This document shows positions 63,301-64,000 of a stretch of DNA of 64,000 nucleotides, one piece after another. A model generated the notes under the pieces. The model worked only from the letters and a program-made list of their open reading frames with translations. It ran no database searches and was not told where the DNA came from. The first letter of the stretch is position 1, and every line of letters starts with the position of its first letter. Source of the stretch: Octopus vulgaris (lineage: Eukaryota). Location: positions 55,614,001 to 55,678,000 of the forward strand of contig OX597819.1 of assembly GCA_951406725.2 (NCBI GenBank). Direction: 5' to 3'. A program made the position numbers and the translations under genes.

Positions 63301-64000
63301 TCATCATCATCATCATCATCGTCGTTTAGCGTCCGTTCTCCATGCTAGCATGGGTTGGACGGTTCGACCGGGGATCTGGGAAGCCAGAAGGCTGCACCAG
63401 GCTCCAGTCTTATCTGGCAATGTTTCTACAGCTGGATGCCCTTCCTAACGCCAACCACTCCGTGAGTGTAGTGGGTGCTTTTTACGTGCCACCTGCACAG
63501 GTGCCAGGCGAGGCTGGCAACGGCCACGGTCGGATTGGTGTATTTTATGTGCCACCGGCACGGAAGCCAGACGAGGCGGTGCTGGCATCGGCCACGAGTA
63601 TAATTGATATATATATATATACATATATATATATGTGTATATATATACATATGTATATATATGCATATATATATGTATAAATGTATATATGTGTATATAT
63701 ATACATATTTATATATACATATACACACACACACACATATATATATATTTATATATACATATACATATATATACACATATGTATATATGTATATGTATGT
63801 ATATGTGTGTGTGTGTGTATCAATTAACAAACGAACGTAGGCGACAGCGTAAGTGCGTAAAATGTACACAGCACTTGTAGGAGGCTAATACTTCTGAATA
63901 AGAAATATTATGATGTAAAAGGGTATATCTAGTGCTCACAGGAGACAAATATTCGCGAGACATCAACGATAATGTTGCTAACGATAAATGACTATAATGA

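Overview
AT-rich, microsatellite- and retroelement-dense eukaryotic DNA. The SINE families and (TA)n/(CA)n/(CAT)n load are what I recognise from octopus (coleoid cephalopod) genomes; this is an inference, not a database match. One protein-coding gene is recoverable: LZTFL1/BBS17 on the + strand, with nine GT-AG coding exons from 8558 to 40605 that splice in frame to 302 codons plus TAG. The exon carrying the start ATG was not located. The rest is mostly decayed mobile DNA: several tRNA-headed SINE families, RTE and RLE-type LINEs, Penelope-like (PLE) remnants, Tc1/mariner, hAT and piggyBac-type MITEs, Helitrons and a solo LTR. The most interesting signal is a set of minimal type I hammerhead-ribozyme motifs (stem I-CTGANGA-stem II-GAAA-palindromic stem III-TH-stem I) in several unrelated repeats. 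These include (1) a retrozyme-like tandem pair 482 nt apart in the sense strand of LZTFL1 intron 2, (2) a tRNA-headed SINE with a hammerhead tail inserted as a palindrome with a 12-bp TSD, and (3) a hammerhead with a very large stem II at 57.5 kb. A ~600-bp templated inverted duplication also brackets the first visible LZTFL1 exon. All structure calls were made by eye; ribozyme activity is untested.
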